Under the pieces are notes generated by a model. It searched no databases. It saw only the letters and a program-made list of their open reading frames with translations, and was not told the DNA's origin. Source: Tricharina praecox (taxonomy: Eukaryota). Taken from it: a stretch of 64,000 nucleotides of DNA. The stretch is taken from positions 1 to 64,000 of the forward strand of contig NW_026250441.1 of NCBI RefSeq assembly GCF_024521635.1. Reading direction: 5' to 3'. The translations under genes and the position numbers were made by a program. This document shows positions 62,925 to 64,000 of this stretch, one piece after another (the stretch's first letter is position 1; each line of letters begins with the position of its first letter).

Positions 62925-64000
62925 ATGACCCCGCCATTCTCCTCGGCCGACCACGCACGGCCTCCCGGAATATACACGCTACTACTACCACTGCTTCTAT
63001 TGCTATGTCACGCGACTACTACCGCGGCGATGACGCCGACGCGAAAGCTCGCCCTGAGGGAGGAAGCGAGGACGATGTTTCGCCATGGGTGGGATAGTTA
63101 CTGGGAGATTGCGTTTCCGGAGGATGAAGTACGGAAGCATGTCCTATCGAGGGATGAGTAGGGATGGAAGTGTACTGACGGCGAGCTTGCGCGTGCAGGT
63201 TAAACCCCTTACGTGCATCCCGCACCACCGCGACCGCGCGAACCCGAAGGACATTGGCACGAACGATGCGATGGGAGAGTTCTCGCTCACCGCGATTGAT
63301 GCACTGAGTTCCATGGCGGTTATGGCGGCGAGTGATGAGGTGGAGGCCCAGAGGTTCTGGGAGACGGCGGAGGAGCTGGTGCGGATCTACTGGTGAGCGC
63401 TCCGTTCTGATGTCGGCTAGGGGACGACTGACGTTGACAGGTATAATAAGCCGAAAGACCAGGAGTCGGACAGGAGGAACGCGTCGTCGTCGTGGGGTAG
63501 GTTTCAAGGCAGGCACAGGAATACGCGCGGGTTCGATATCGATGCAAAAGTGCAAGTGTTTGAGACTACGATTCGCGGGCTGGGGGGACTGTTGTCGGCA
63601 CATTTATTTGCAATTGGATCGCTCCCAGGATTGCCGAAGGAATTTGAGGGGAAGACGAAGACGGGATTTGTTTACAACAACGAGCTACTGCACCTTGCGG
63701 AGGACCTGGGTCGGCGACTACTCCCCGCACTGACGAAATCGCCGACGGGAATCCCGTACCCACGGATCAACCTCCGTCACGGACTCCCGCACGGCATCAA
63801 GAACCCACGGTACTACAACCGGATCCTCGGCTGTCCGCAGTACCACCCTGATCCGGACAGCGAACCCGAGCATCCGTCTGAACGCTTCTGGCGACACCCA
63901 AATCCAAAGTCGATAAAACGGGAGCGGCCGGACGAGGAGATTACCGAGACGTGTACTGCGGGCGCGGGCTCGCTCGTGCTGGAGTTTACTACGTTGTCGC
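62925..64000 (+). CDS. mnl1: GH47 alpha-1,2-mannosidase, EDEM/Mnl1-like (3'-partial)
   Basis: Signal peptide, MFRHGWDSY..AFPEDEVKPLTC, SLTAIDALSS, VQVFETTIRGLGGLLSAH, PTGIPYPRINL and ETCTAGAGSLVLEF. Confidence 0.9.

Noticed and set aside
1..64000. Starship captain recombinase, intact retrotransposon pol, or secondary-metabolite backbone gene
   Set aside because: No ORF with the corresponding motifs was found in the window.

Overview
Eukaryotic DNA from a filamentous fungus, probably an ascomycete. The evidence is short GT..CTRAC..AG introns, an intron-containing tRNA, and cutinase, HET and GH47 genes. The left ~34 kb is accessory-like: orphan low-complexity genes, pseudogenes, a decayed pogo-type transposase, hAT-like MITEs and several repeat families. 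The right part is gene-rich: OTT_1508-like deaminase, cutinase, tRNA-Asp(GTC), a membrane protein, a HET-domain protein, an F-box protein, a cytochrome P450, an SGNH/CE16-type esterase, a second membrane protein and a partial GH47 mannosidase. The most unusual observations are (i) tandem amplification of whole intron+exon units, (ii) ~1 kb diverged inverted arms plus a four-copy ~200 bp repeat around a ~6.7 kb cargo, (iii) two paralogous RanBP2-like zinc-finger microproteins, and (iv) a HET gene with an internal repeat tract lying between LTR-like direct repeats. All calls come from reading motifs by eye. No database search was run, and the exon boundaries are predictions.
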